Virus record (IMG/VR): IMGVR_UViG_3300043636_000005
Location: 1-58,004 of that record
Length of the DNA stretch: 58,004 bases
DNA from: a virus
Taxonomy: Duplodnaviria > Caudoviricetes
Direction: 5' to 3' (one strand)
The notes under the pieces were generated by a model, which worked only from the letters and a program-made list of their open reading frames with translations, had not been told where the DNA came from and did no database searches. A program made the position numbers and the translations under genes. This document shows, in pieces, positions 9,307-17,219 of the stretch (position 1 is the stretch's first letter; each line of letters opens with the position of its first letter).

Positions 9307-10033
9307 GGGTCTCTCCAGTAGGGTTGCCGGGGTACAGGCCGCGCCTGACCTCCTCGTAATCCGCATCGGTGTAGCGGCGGGCCTCGGCGAGCTGGGCGGC
9401 GGTGTATGTGCGCTCGGGCTCGCCGGCCGGCTCGGCGGCAGAGGGTGGAGCCTTGAGGGCAGCTATGGCGTGATCGCAGAGCGCGGCATAGGCGGCGTTG
9501 GTCATCGCCTTCTCATCGCCTTCGGCCGTCTCCTTCGCCTTGTGCGACAGGGCGTAGCGGTGGAACTGATCCCGACACTGGGTCAGCGCCTCGACAGCAA
9601 GAGCCGTCCGGGCTTCGGCGGTCTCGGCTCGGCATCGCTGATTAATCGACGCCGTGATCCAACCGTCCCGTTCCTTCACCGCTTCAGCAAGGGAAGCCTC
9701 GGCGGTCTCGGCGCGATTGACCGCTTCGTACACCTCGTTGCGAAAGCTGGTTTCCTTGGCCTCTGCGGCCTCGGCTCGTTCGGTCAAGGCGCAGATCTTA
9801 CCGTGATCACCGAGCGCCTGGAGGTTCAACCGCCCCTGTTCCCGCTCAGCCGCTTCAGCCCGCCCCTTCCAGTCTTCGGAGGGGGTGAGGGGCCACCCAT
9901 TTGGATTGCAGGAGGGACACGGCTTTCCCGCCCCGCCACAGCAGTTGTCGCCCAACCATGCGACGTCCGGATGATTTTCACAGACCCAGCGCTCGCCCTC
10001 GCAACGCGGGCAGGGCTTCAGTTCCTCAGACAT
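9296..10033 (-). CDS. Zn-finger plus coiled-coil protein
   Basis: MSEELKPCPRC...CCGGAGKPCPSCN followed by repeated RAEAAE heptads. Confidence 0.6.
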   Translation of the reverse strand: MSEELKPCPRCEGERWVCENHPDVAWLGDNCCGGAGKPCPSCNPNGWPLTPSEDWKGRAEAAEREQGRLNLQALGDHGKICALTERAEAAEAKETSFRNEVYEAVNRAETAEASLAEAVKERDGWITASINQRCRAETAEARTALAVEALTQCRDQFHRYALSHKAKETAEGDEKAMTNAAYAALCDHAIAALKAPPSAAEPAGEPERTYTAAQLAEARRYTDADYEEVRRGLYPGNPTGETHEA

Positions 10034-10328
10034 TGCCGTCCGTTCCGTCTGTGGGGTGGAGGAGGGCGGCGGCTTGGCGGACCATGCCAACGGTGACGCG
10101 GCGGCCCCAATTGTGCTGATTGGCGGTCCAGTGATCAGGATCGCCCGGCCAGATGCGGTCCCCATTCTCGGTGTTCCCGCTGACCAAGTCCGCGAACGGC
10201 TTCAGCCCCGCCTCTAGCTCCACGATGCGGGCGAGGGCTTCGCGGAGGACGGCTACGGTCTCGCCGTCCTTCACGAAACCGAATACGGCCTCGGCCTCCA
10301 GCCGCTCTTTCAGGTCAGACATTGCCAT
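10026..10328 (-). CDS. Hypothetical protein
   Basis: MSDLKERL...RIVELEAGLKPFA phage early-gene pattern. Confidence 0.55.
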   Translation of the reverse strand: MAMSDLKERLEAEAVFGFVKDGETVAVLREALARIVELEAGLKPFADLVSGNTENGDRIWPGDPDHWTANQHNWGRRVTVGMVRQAAALLHPTDGTDGNV

Positions 10329-10629
10329 CTCCGTTGGAGGGGGTGAGGCCTTCGATCAGGTCGTCAAGATCATCGACGGACCAGCGAGCACGGAAGGCGA
10401 CGGCGGCGGCCAGGAGGCGCTCGTTGTGGCCGCTTTGGGCTTTCCGATTGGCATCCAGGCTACGCCACTCCGGCGCGTCAGGAGAGCAGGCCCGATGCTG
10501 CGTCACGTAGGCGTCTGCCTTCTCGCGCCAGCGGTATTCGCCAGCCTCTATCGGCTTTCCGCAGGAACAGCAGACCATTAGGCCGTGCCGGCTTCCGGCG
10601 GCCGTAGCAACGCCGCTCCAGGCCTTCAC
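10315..10629 (-). CDS. Hypothetical Zn-binding protein
   Basis: CCSCGKPI...HRAC. Confidence 0.55.
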   Translation of the reverse strand: MKAWSGVATAAGSRHGLMVCCSCGKPIEAGEYRWREKADAYVTQHRACSPDAPEWRSLDANRKAQSGHNERLLAAAVAFRARWSVDDLDDLIEGLTPSNGDGNV

Positions 10630-11174
10630 GACCCTTCCCCCTCGGATGCCTTAACCCCTTGGGGTTGAAGGGAGGAGAGAGCGGTCCCAACGATGTCCTG
10701 GATATCCACCAGCCGAGTGATCTCGTGGTCGTGCCGGATAGACGTCCTCCACACCTTCTGGATGACCTTCAGAAGGGTTTCGGAACGGGCTTCGGCGTCA
10801 CTCAGCAGGTTGAGCAGGTCCACCACGATCTCGGCGGGGTCGTCAGCCGGAGACCACCCTTTGATCGGCCCGTCGCGCGTGTTGAGGTCGATGGCGTCCA
10901 TCAGCGACTTGCCGACGTTCGCCATGTCCTCGACGTCGGCGAGGTCACGACAGCCGGTCATCACGATCAGGTCGGCTTGCTCCTTCAGGGCGGTGTCACG
11001 CTGTGAGAGGAGGGCGGAAAGGAGCTTGGCGGCTTCCCGGCGCTCGATCAGCAGTTGATCGACCTTGCGCGCCGCGGGGAAGCCGAGGTGTTGCCATGGC
11101 ACGCCCATCTTTGCGACCAGCTCGCGCACTTCCTCTCCAGTAGGGTTTAGTTCAGGGGTCGGGGCGTCTGTCAT
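10626..11174 (-). CDS. Hypothetical protein
   Basis: CCAGGAGCC RBS. First gene after the 11197 promoter. Confidence 0.6.
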   Translation of the reverse strand: MTDAPTPELNPTGEEVRELVAKMGVPWQHLGFPAARKVDQLLIERREAAKLLSALLSQRDTALKEQADLIVMTGCRDLADVEDMANVGKSLMDAIDLNTRDGPIKGWSPADDPAEIVVDLLNLLSDAEARSETLLKVIQKVWRTSIRHDHEITRLVDIQDIVGTALSSLQPQGVKASEGEGS

Positions 11175-11196
11175 GCGGGCTCCTGGCGTTTGATCG

Positions 11197-11236
11197 GTGA
11201 TATCACCGGATGCGGACTGGCCGCAAATGATATCAC
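11197..11236 (-). promoter_or_regulatory. Promoter with paired palindromes
   Basis: Minus strand GTGATATCAT-TTGCGG-N14-GTGATATCAC. Confidence 0.6.
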
Positions 11237-11628
11237 CACATCCAGTGGTATCCGAAGCTGTCCGCCAACAGCTCGTGTCCCTTGTCGGTCAACCTCACGT
11301 AAACGTCTGACGAGCCGGCCGGGGAACTCTCGACGTAGCCGGCGAGCGCGAGCTTTTCGGCCGCCTCCAGCGTGTCGACGTCATTGGAGAAAATCACGCG
11401 GTCGCCAGGAATGCCGCCCAGGCTGCGCAACAGCCGTCGCTCGTCCGTGCTCATCGTCAGGAACTCCAGGCCCTTGGGCGGTAGGGGGCGGCCAGAAGTA
11501 GGCGCGGCGCCCCAGCCCTCAGCCTCTTGAACGGCGGGGGCGGCGTTGGCTGGCTCCAAGTGCTGGGCGATCTTCGCGAGCGAGATGGCGATGGAGGACA
11601 GCGAGCGCCGGACACTGGGATAGATCAC
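11233..11628 (-). CDS. Protein with C-terminal winged-helix-like segment
   Basis: AEKLALAGYVE...YVRLTDKGHELL. Likely GTG start overlapping the upstream stop. Confidence 0.5.
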   Translation of the reverse strand: MIYPSVRRSLSSIAISLAKIAQHLEPANAAPAVQEAEGWGAAPTSGRPLPPKGLEFLTMSTDERRLLRSLGGIPGDRVIFSNDVDTLEAAEKLALAGYVESSPAGSSDVYVRLTDKGHELLADSFGYHWMW

Positions 11629-11771
11629 TTGCGGGTCTCCGGGGGTCTGGCCTTGCGCCGCACCCAACCGGAGTGTGCGCCGCGTCGGCGGTTGGACAGC
11701 AGCATGGGCGGCGGGGGTGGTGGTGGCGGCCCTGGCGGCGCTGGCGGACCTGGGGCATCCGCCGGGCTCAT
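11625..11771 (-). CDS. Small polyproline/basic peptide (48 aa)
   Basis: ATGA and GTGA overlaps with both neighbours. MSPADAPGPPAPPGPPPPPPPPMLLSNRRR... Confidence 0.45.
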   Translation of the reverse strand: MSPADAPGPPAPPGPPPPPPPPMLLSNRRRGAHSGWVRRKARPPETRK

Positions 11772-11974
11772 CTGTTTGGTATCCTGTCGGCGATCAGCTC
11801 CAGAATGCTGCCGTGGGTGTCGGTTCCGGCGAGCACGTCGGCGATGCGCTTCAGGCTGATGGCGATGGAGTAGAGCGGCGCTCGCTCGTCCATGCTGTGC
11901 TTCAGCTCCGGCTCAAGCTTGCCGTCGAGAATGCTGGCGACCTCGTCGGCGGCCTGATCTGGGTGCGGTCCCAT
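11768..11974 (-). CDS. Hypothetical protein
   Basis: Operon position. SIAISLKRIAD motif. Confidence 0.55.
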   Translation of the reverse strand: MGPHPDQAADEVASILDGKLEPELKHSMDERAPLYSIAISLKRIADVLAGTDTHGSILELIADRIPNR

Positions 11975-12421
11975 TCAGCCCTCCCGCTTCAGGCCGAGGG
12001 CCTCGCGGCCGTCCGCGGTGGCGTGCCAGACGCAGACCCCGGCGCCGAGACGCAGGGTGCAGAGCTGTTCGCGCTCCATGGCGCGCAGGCCGCGCAGGGT
12101 GTCGGACGACAACCGGAATTCGTGGCCATCGTTGTCGACCATGGATTGCAGCAGGTCGCGGAGCGAAACCACGTCGCGATAGTCCATCTCCAGCCGGCGC
12201 AAGCGGACCTCGGGGAGCACGGGGTGGTGCGGCTCGTCATTGGCCGCGGTCGGCTCGCCAGCCAGGACGCCCAGGAGAGCGGCGCGCTCGGCGTCGGACA
12301 GGAACCCGCCCATTTGCTGGCCGGTGTTGGGGTTGGTCATGGTCAGGGTGGCGCGGTCGTCGCTGACGCTGACGCTGATCACGCAATGTTCGGTCAGTTG
12401 GATTTTCAAGGTGGCTTGCAT
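11975..12421 (-). CDS. Hypothetical protein
   Basis: CCAGGAGCC RBS. Confidence 0.6.
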   Translation of the reverse strand: MQATLKIQLTEHCVISVSVSDDRATLTMTNPNTGQQMGGFLSDAERAALLGVLAGEPTAANDEPHHPVLPEVRLRRLEMDYRDVVSLRDLLQSMVDNDGHEFRLSSDTLRGLRAMEREQLCTLRLGAGVCVWHATADGREALGLKREG

Positions 12422-12519
12422 GGTGGCTCCTGGCGTTGAGCGTGGGTGTCACGCCAGAAGGCCCGCCGCTGTTTCCAGCTCGGGCCTTGGGGGCGCTTTC
12501 TCGCCCGGCTGGGGTGATA

Positions 12520-12726
12520 TCAGCTCTCGCCAATCCAGAAGAGGCCGAACCCGTCCGCATCCTTCACGCGAACCTGATAGCCCACGATTGAGCGGTCGGC
12601 TGCGTACACCGCCAAAACCTCGTACTGGCGCTCGCTCGTGTGGCTGCACTCATAGGCAAGGGCCGCCGAGAGTGCATCGCTGGCGAAATCGAAGGTGTGC
12701 GGGGCGTTTTGGGTGGTGAAGGTCAT
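12520..12726 (-). CDS. Hypothetical protein
   Basis: MTFTTQNAPH start with AAGGA RBS. Confidence 0.5.
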   Translation of the reverse strand: MTFTTQNAPHTFDFASDALSAALAYECSHTSERQYEVLAVYAADRSIVGYQVRVKDADGFGLFWIGES

Positions 12727-12730
12727 GCGC

Positions 12731-12943
12731 TCAATCCTTCCAGGCGACGAAGCCGGGATGGCTCTCGATCTTGCGCACGGCCGCGTCCATCGAGCGGAAC
12801 ACCATGGGCCGCCAGCCGGGGGCGTAGAACTGGACGCCATCGGCGCCAGCCGCGCGGGCCTTGGACTTGCTGACCCGGACTTCCTCGTCCATCCGGCCGT
12901 AGGCGGTCCAAGGGTTGTAGATGGTGGCGGTGCGGGATTTCAT
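12731..12943 (-). CDS. Hypothetical protein
   Basis: MKSRTATIYNPW. First gene after the near-consensus promoter. Confidence 0.5.
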   Translation of the reverse strand: MKSRTATIYNPWTAYGRMDEEVRVSKSKARAAGADGVQFYAPGWRPMVFRSMDAAVRKIESHPGFVAWKD

Positions 12944-12988
12944 GATCTTGTCTCGCGCTGGGCGTGGGCCGGCGGCCCCGATGTCTCC

Positions 12989-13032
12989 CTTATAGGTGAT
13001 ATCACGCCGGCCTGTCAACGGCGTGATATCAC
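12989..13032 (-). promoter_or_regulatory. Near-consensus sigma70 promoter with two operator-like palindromes
   Basis: Minus strand GTGATATCAC-gccg-TTGACA-(18 bp containing GTGATATCAC)-TATAAG. Confidence 0.75.
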
Positions 13033-13040
13033 CACCTGCG

Positions 13041-13499
13041 TTATTCCGGCTGACGCCCGGTCTCCAGGTAGGATCGCAGCAACAGGATCAGGTTGCGCTC
13101 GGCGTGAAAGTCGCTGCGGTCGTCGTCGGTGACCGCCGCTTCCTGTTCGGCGGCGTAGCTGTCGCCCTCGGCGTTGTCGCACACCTCCCGCAGCAGCCGG
13201 AACGGGACGGTCACCATGATATCGCCCGCATAGGTCTCCGCCGTGGGCCAGGGCGCGGGCGCCGCCGGTTCGGGCTTGGTATAGTCGACGGGCGTCACCG
13301 GGAGCTGGGCGGGCGGCGGCGGCTTCACGGCCACAGGATCGTCGCTGAACCACACCCAGGCGTCGCCCTCGGGCTTCTCAAGCGCGCCGCTGAACGCCCG
13401 CGGCTGGCCGTTCTCCATGTAAGCCCAGCGCTTGGAGACCTTGGACGCTGCGGCGGGAACGAGCGGCGAGGCGTGGTTGAAGAACTTGGAACGGTTCAT
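13041..13499 (-). CDS. Hypothetical protein
   Basis: ATGA-coupled to the upstream gene. Confidence 0.55.
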   Translation of the reverse strand: MNRSKFFNHASPLVPAAASKVSKRWAYMENGQPRAFSGALEKPEGDAWVWFSDDPVAVKPPPPAQLPVTPVDYTKPEPAAPAPWPTAETYAGDIMVTVPFRLLREVCDNAEGDSYAAEQEAAVTDDDRSDFHAERNLILLLRSYLETGRQPE

Positions 13500-14089
13500 G
13501 CGGTCTTCCCTTCGGCCAGGGACAGCAGCCCACGCAGGGCGTCGGGGTCAACCGACCACCCTTCGAGATACGCGCTCCAGACGTCGCTGGTGTCCACCAC
13601 CTTGCGAAGCCACCCGCCCACGTAAGCGCGACGCATGGCGATGAAGACGGGATCGGGCTCCAGCTTCGGCGCCTTGTACGTCTGGAACTCCACGCCGCCG
13701 ATGTTGACGGTCTCGCGCTCTGGCGGGGAAATGCCACGCGAGGCGTCGACGGTGAACGCCGCATAGTCTGGATGGGCCTCGGGAAGGCGCTCGTCTGCGA
13801 TCCACTCGCCGCTCGCCTTGCCGATCCCCGATAGCGCCTCCTGGGCGACATCGACCATCTCGCCGGGCGGGATCTGGGTCGGGTCGAGGGTCAACGGTTG
13901 GAGGTCTGGCGTCTCCTCCTCCGCGGAGCTCAACAGGTCGATGAGTTCCAGCATGTGGCAGGTCAGCAAGGTGGCGGCCGTGAGGGCTTCTTTGACCGAT
14001 CCGGTAGGGCTGTAGCGGCGATGGGCGGTAAGGGAGCTGGCGAGGGCTGCTAGCTCGTCCTTGAGGGTGTTTAGCTTCTGGGTGTCCAT
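13496..14089 (-). CDS. Hypothetical protein
   Basis: MDTQKL start with CCAGGA RBS, downstream of the palindrome at 14128. Confidence 0.55.
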   Translation of the reverse strand: MDTQKLNTLKDELAALASSLTAHRRYSPTGSVKEALTAATLLTCHMLELIDLLSSAEEETPDLQPLTLDPTQIPPGEMVDVAQEALSGIGKASGEWIADERLPEAHPDYAAFTVDASRGISPPERETVNIGGVEFQTYKAPKLEPDPVFIAMRRAYVGGWLRKVVDTSDVWSAYLEGWSVDPDALRGLLSLAEGKTA

Positions 14090-14133
14090 GGTCCTGGCGT
14101 TCCGGGGTTTGGGTGGTCGGGATACGGGTGATA

Positions 14134-14523
14134 TCACGCCTTGCGGTGATCGCCTTCGAAATGGCGCTTGAGGCGTTCGTACTGTTCGCGCTTCACGGCC
14201 TCGGCTTCAGCGGCGAATAGGGCGGATTTGGCCTCTTCCTGCTCCGCATGGGCGTGAAGGGCCGTTTTCAGGAGGTCGACGTCCCACAGGTAGGCGGCGG
14301 GGAATTTCACGCTCTTCGCAAACGGGAATTCCGAGCCGGTCTCTGACCAATGGAACGTCACGATATCACCGTCGAGGGTGACGCGCGTCAGGTCGTCATC
14401 CTCAAAGTCCGGCTCGCTCGTTCCGAGGAAGCTCGGGAAGGTGAGGAGGATGGTGCGAGCGGCCAACACCATGGCGTCATGGATGGTGATTGCCGCGCGG
14501 ATGTTGGTTTCAGCGTCACCCAC
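14134..14523 (-). CDS. Hypothetical protein
   Basis: Likely GTG start overlapping the upstream gene. Confidence 0.5.
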   Translation of the reverse strand: MGDAETNIRAAITIHDAMVLAARTILLTFPSFLGTSEPDFEDDDLTRVTLDGDIVTFHWSETGSEFPFAKSVKFPAAYLWDVDLLKTALHAHAEQEEAKSALFAAEAEAVKREQYERLKRHFEGDHRKA

Positions 14524-14725
14524 GGGTCGCACCCAAGAGCATGGCGACGAAGACGCCGAGACAGGCGACGAAGAACAGCCGGCCGATGAGCTGGCCATAG
14601 TCGCGGCGTTCGGCGGGGCTCCAGCCCTGGAAGCACGGGTGGGGGATCGGGCGGCCGTTGGCGCCGATGACGACGGGGCGCACGGTCTTGGGGTCTGCGT
14701 ACTGGCTGGTTGGTGCTAGAGCCAT
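14516..14725 (-). CDS. Small membrane protein
   Basis: C-terminal hydrophobic helix LFFVACLGVFVAMLLGA. AAGGAG RBS. Confidence 0.55.
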   Translation of the reverse strand: MALAPTSQYADPKTVRPVVIGANGRPIPHPCFQGWSPAERRDYGQLIGRLFFVACLGVFVAMLLGATRG

Positions 14726-14827
14726 GATATCACTCCTTGGGTTTGCCGCAGAGGGCGGCGTGGAAGTGCGCGGTGGCGAGGCGGACCAGCGCCAGGGCGA
14801 GGCCGCCTAGGGCGCGGGCGAGGTCTC

Positions 14828-15154
14828 TCACGCCACCACCTGGGGCGGGCGCTTGCGCCTGTAGAGGTGGCGGCCGAGCGGCTTGACCTTCGGCGCCGGC
14901 GGTTCGGCGCAGACCACCACGTCCGCCGCGTCCAGCGGCAGTTCCTGCGGGTTGGCGATGATCCACGCCGCCAGGGTGTCCAGCTCGGTCGGGGACAGCA
15001 GGACGGGGGCGCCTTGCTTATCGCTGACCGCGAGGAAGGTGACGTGCGCCGGCGCGTCGCCTTGCGGGTGGAGATAGCGCAGCCGCAGCAGCGCGTTGAT
15101 CGGCGCGTTCCCGGCGGGCTCGATAGTCATGTCGACGGTGTGGAGGGTTTCCAT
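14828..15154 (-). CDS. Hypothetical protein
   Basis: CCAGGAGCC RBS. Confidence 0.55.
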   Translation of the reverse strand: METLHTVDMTIEPAGNAPINALLRLRYLHPQGDAPAHVTFLAVSDKQGAPVLLSPTELDTLAAWIIANPQELPLDAADVVVCAEPPAPKVKPLGRHLYRRKRPPQVVA

Positions 15155-15204
15155 GGGGCTCCTGGCGTGGGGCAGGGTGGAGGGGGCCGAAGCCCCCGCC
15201 TGGG

Positions 15205-15675
15205 CTACTTGGTGACGACGGTCGCCGGCAAAATCACCACCTCAGCATAATATCCGCCGCTGCGGGCGGTGTTCGCGGCGGCCATAGCCAGCCGTTCAGA
15301 GCCGTTCCAGCCCAACACGCTCCACCGCTCAAAATTTCCAGCCAGGCGGTCGGCCTCCAGTTGGGCGAGGCGCTCTTGGCGAAGGTGGGCGGCGTACGCA
15401 TCGCGGCTCCCGAAGGCGGCGATTTCCGACCACCGCGCCCGCTCGCCGGCGTTAGTGAACTGGCTATACGCGTGCGGGTGGCGGCCTTCGTGGCACGACA
15501 GATAATAGTCGAAATTCTTGCGGTCTTGCTCGTCCAGTCGGTCGGCGACCGCGAGCGCGCGGGGGTAGTTGGCGCGGGTCGCGACACAATGGGTATAGGT
15601 GCGGTTTTCCGAGGTGCGGGTGGCGGTCTCGCCGTTCGGGAGGGTGGCGGTGTGGATGTTCTTGGACTTGGCCAT
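15205..15675 (-). CDS. Hypothetical protein
   Basis: TRTSENRTYTHCV motif. First gene after the 15725 promoter. Confidence 0.6.
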   Translation of the reverse strand: MAKSKNIHTATLPNGETATRTSENRTYTHCVATRANYPRALAVADRLDEQDRKNFDYYLSCHEGRHPHAYSQFTNAGERARWSEIAAFGSRDAYAAHLRQERLAQLEADRLAGNFERWSVLGWNGSERLAMAAANTARSGGYYAEVVILPATVVTK

Positions 15676-15724
15676 GGTGTGGTTCGCTCTCTTGCGTGGG
15701 CCGGCGGCCCGTTCCGTTGATTGA

Positions 15725-15767
15725 GTGATATCACGGCCAAATCGAAATGCGCAAGCCGTGATATCAC
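15725..15767 (-). promoter_or_regulatory. Promoter with paired palindromes
   Basis: Minus strand GTGATATCAC-ggc-TTGCGC-N14-GTGATATCAC. Confidence 0.65.
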
Positions 15768-15777
15768 CAACCGCAGA

Positions 15778-16305
15778 TTATTTGCTCAGCGCATCAGCCA
15801 GGGAGACGGCGCACGCCAGGAAAGTTCCGAACATCCACCCGCGCAGAAATTCCACAGTTCCGTTGATGTCGCCATGTTTTTTGATGGCGTCGCCGTTCCA
15901 TTTGGCCAGGGCCACCGCGACGCCGGCATAGATCACGAAGGGCACGGCGGCGACGAACGGCCAGCCATAGACCAGCACCGCCAGCACGCCGAACGCGCTC
16001 ATGATGAGGTGATGCAGCCACGTCGACTTCAGGTCGCGGCCGGTGGTGGTGTCGTCGGGGAAGCCGAAGGCCGCGCGGTAGACGCCCCAGGCGACGCCGA
16101 GCACGGCCACATGCCACCCGCCGAGCGCGTAGCAGAGCGCCAGGAGGGGCGCGGCGATGTAATAGATAGGTCGGCCGCCCAGCGGGCCGCCATGATCCTT
16201 GGTGAGCTTCTCCCATCCCAGCCCGCCGCCGATGAAGCGGTCAGCCAGCCCGAAGGCCGCGGCGTAGATGAGGGAGCGGATGGTGAGGAGGGCGAGTTCG
16301 GGCAT
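15778..16305 (-). CDS. Multi-pass membrane protein
   Basis: Several hydrophobic segments in 175 aa. GGAG RBS. Confidence 0.65.
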   Translation of the reverse strand: MPELALLTIRSLIYAAAFGLADRFIGGGLGWEKLTKDHGGPLGGRPIYYIAAPLLALCYALGGWHVAVLGVAWGVYRAAFGFPDDTTTGRDLKSTWLHHLIMSAFGVLAVLVYGWPFVAAVPFVIYAGVAVALAKWNGDAIKKHGDINGTVEFLRGWMFGTFLACAVSLADALSK

Positions 16306-16346
16306 GACGGGCTCCAGGTTGGGCCACCGCTATAACACCCGATCTC

Positions 16347-16387
16347 GTGATATCACCACTTGCAATCCACCGGCCTCGTGATATCAC
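16347..16387 (+). promoter_or_regulatory. Divergent promoter region with paired palindromes
   Basis: GTGATATCAC-cac-TTGCAA-N12-GTGATATCAC. Confidence 0.6.
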
Positions 16388-16413
16388 CGTGGACAGCAAG
16401 CCGGAGAACGCCA

Positions 16414-16617
16414 GTGCAAGTCCTGATCTTCCCCACCCAAGACCCCGAGGCCCGCAAGGCCGCCGGCGCCCTCCTGGCCAGCCTGGGCAACAGCCCCGAG
16501 CATGAAGCCCGGTTCGCCGCCCGCATGGAGCGCGAGCGCGCCGAGCTGGCCGCCACCGCCCACCTGTCGGGCGTTGAGCGCCTGGGCGCCCTCCTGGCCC
16601 TGCGGGGGCTGTCGTGA
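16414..16617 (+). CDS. Hypothetical protein
   Basis: GTG start with GGAG RBS. First of a small plus-strand operon. Confidence 0.5.
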   Translation: MQVLIFPTQDPEARKAAGALLASLGNSPEHEARFAARMERERAELAATAHLSGVERLGALLALRGLS

Positions 16618-16718
16618 TGCGGCGGCTCTGGAGCGCCCTGGCCAGGGCGCTGCGCAGCTACCTTGCCGATGTCTTCGCGCCGACCACCGATGACGAACAT
16701 TGGGACGGGATCGTCTGA
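16617..16718 (+). CDS. 33-aa peptide ending DDEHWDGIV
   Basis: TGATG-coupled at both ends. MRRLWSALARALRSYLADVFAPTTDDEHWDGIV. Confidence 0.45.
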   Translation: MRRLWSALARALRSYLADVFAPTTDDEHWDGIV

Positions 16719-16885
16719 TGTCGCGCCACGAACTCCGCGCCCTCGTGGTGGTGCTGGGCTCCATCCTGGCCTTCGGGCTCTGGGGTGTCGCCTGCGTCTA
16801 CGGCGGCGCGCTCAACAAATCCGACTGGGACGTCGCCCGCTCGCAACTCGACAACCGCCCGACGTGGCAAAGGAACGGCCAATGA
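16718..16885 (+). CDS. Small membrane protein
   Basis: Hydrophobic helix LVVVLGSILAFGLWGVAC. Confidence 0.5.
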   Translation: MSRHELRALVVVLGSILAFGLWGVACVYGGALNKSDWDVARSQLDNRPTWQRNGQ

Positions 16886-16986
16886 CCTCACTCAACCTCC
16901 GCATCGTTCTCGGCCTCATCGGCGTGACGGTCTTCGCGGCCGCGCTCTCGATGGGCTGCAACGCGCTGTTCGGCCCGCTGTCATGA
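16882..16986 (+). CDS. Small hydrophobic peptide, possible lipoprotein
   Basis: ATGA coupling. IVLGLIGVTVFAAALSMGC. Confidence 0.4.
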   Translation: MTSLNLRIVLGLIGVTVFAAALSMGCNALFGPLS

Positions 16987-17219
16987 GCGACGGACATTGG
17001 GTCGGCTTGCCGCCCGGCGTGACCGCGCGCCGCATCGGCGACGAATGGGTGTTCGAAGGGGCCCCCGAGGCGCCGGGGTGCTACTCGCCGCGCTATGTCG
17101 AGACGGTCGCCGTGCAGCGGGGACGCCTGCCGGCGTTCACCATCACGCTCGCCGATCCCGCACCGACGCCGCCGGGGTTCAACCGCCGGGCCCGGCGCGC
17201 GCGGTGTTCGCGCCGCTAA
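16983..17219 (+). CDS. Hypothetical protein
   Basis: ATGA coupling. NRRARRAR C-terminus. Confidence 0.45.
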   Translation: MSDGHWVGLPPGVTARRIGDEWVFEGAPEAPGCYSPRYVETVAVQRGRLPAFTITLADPAPTPPGFNRRARRARCSRR

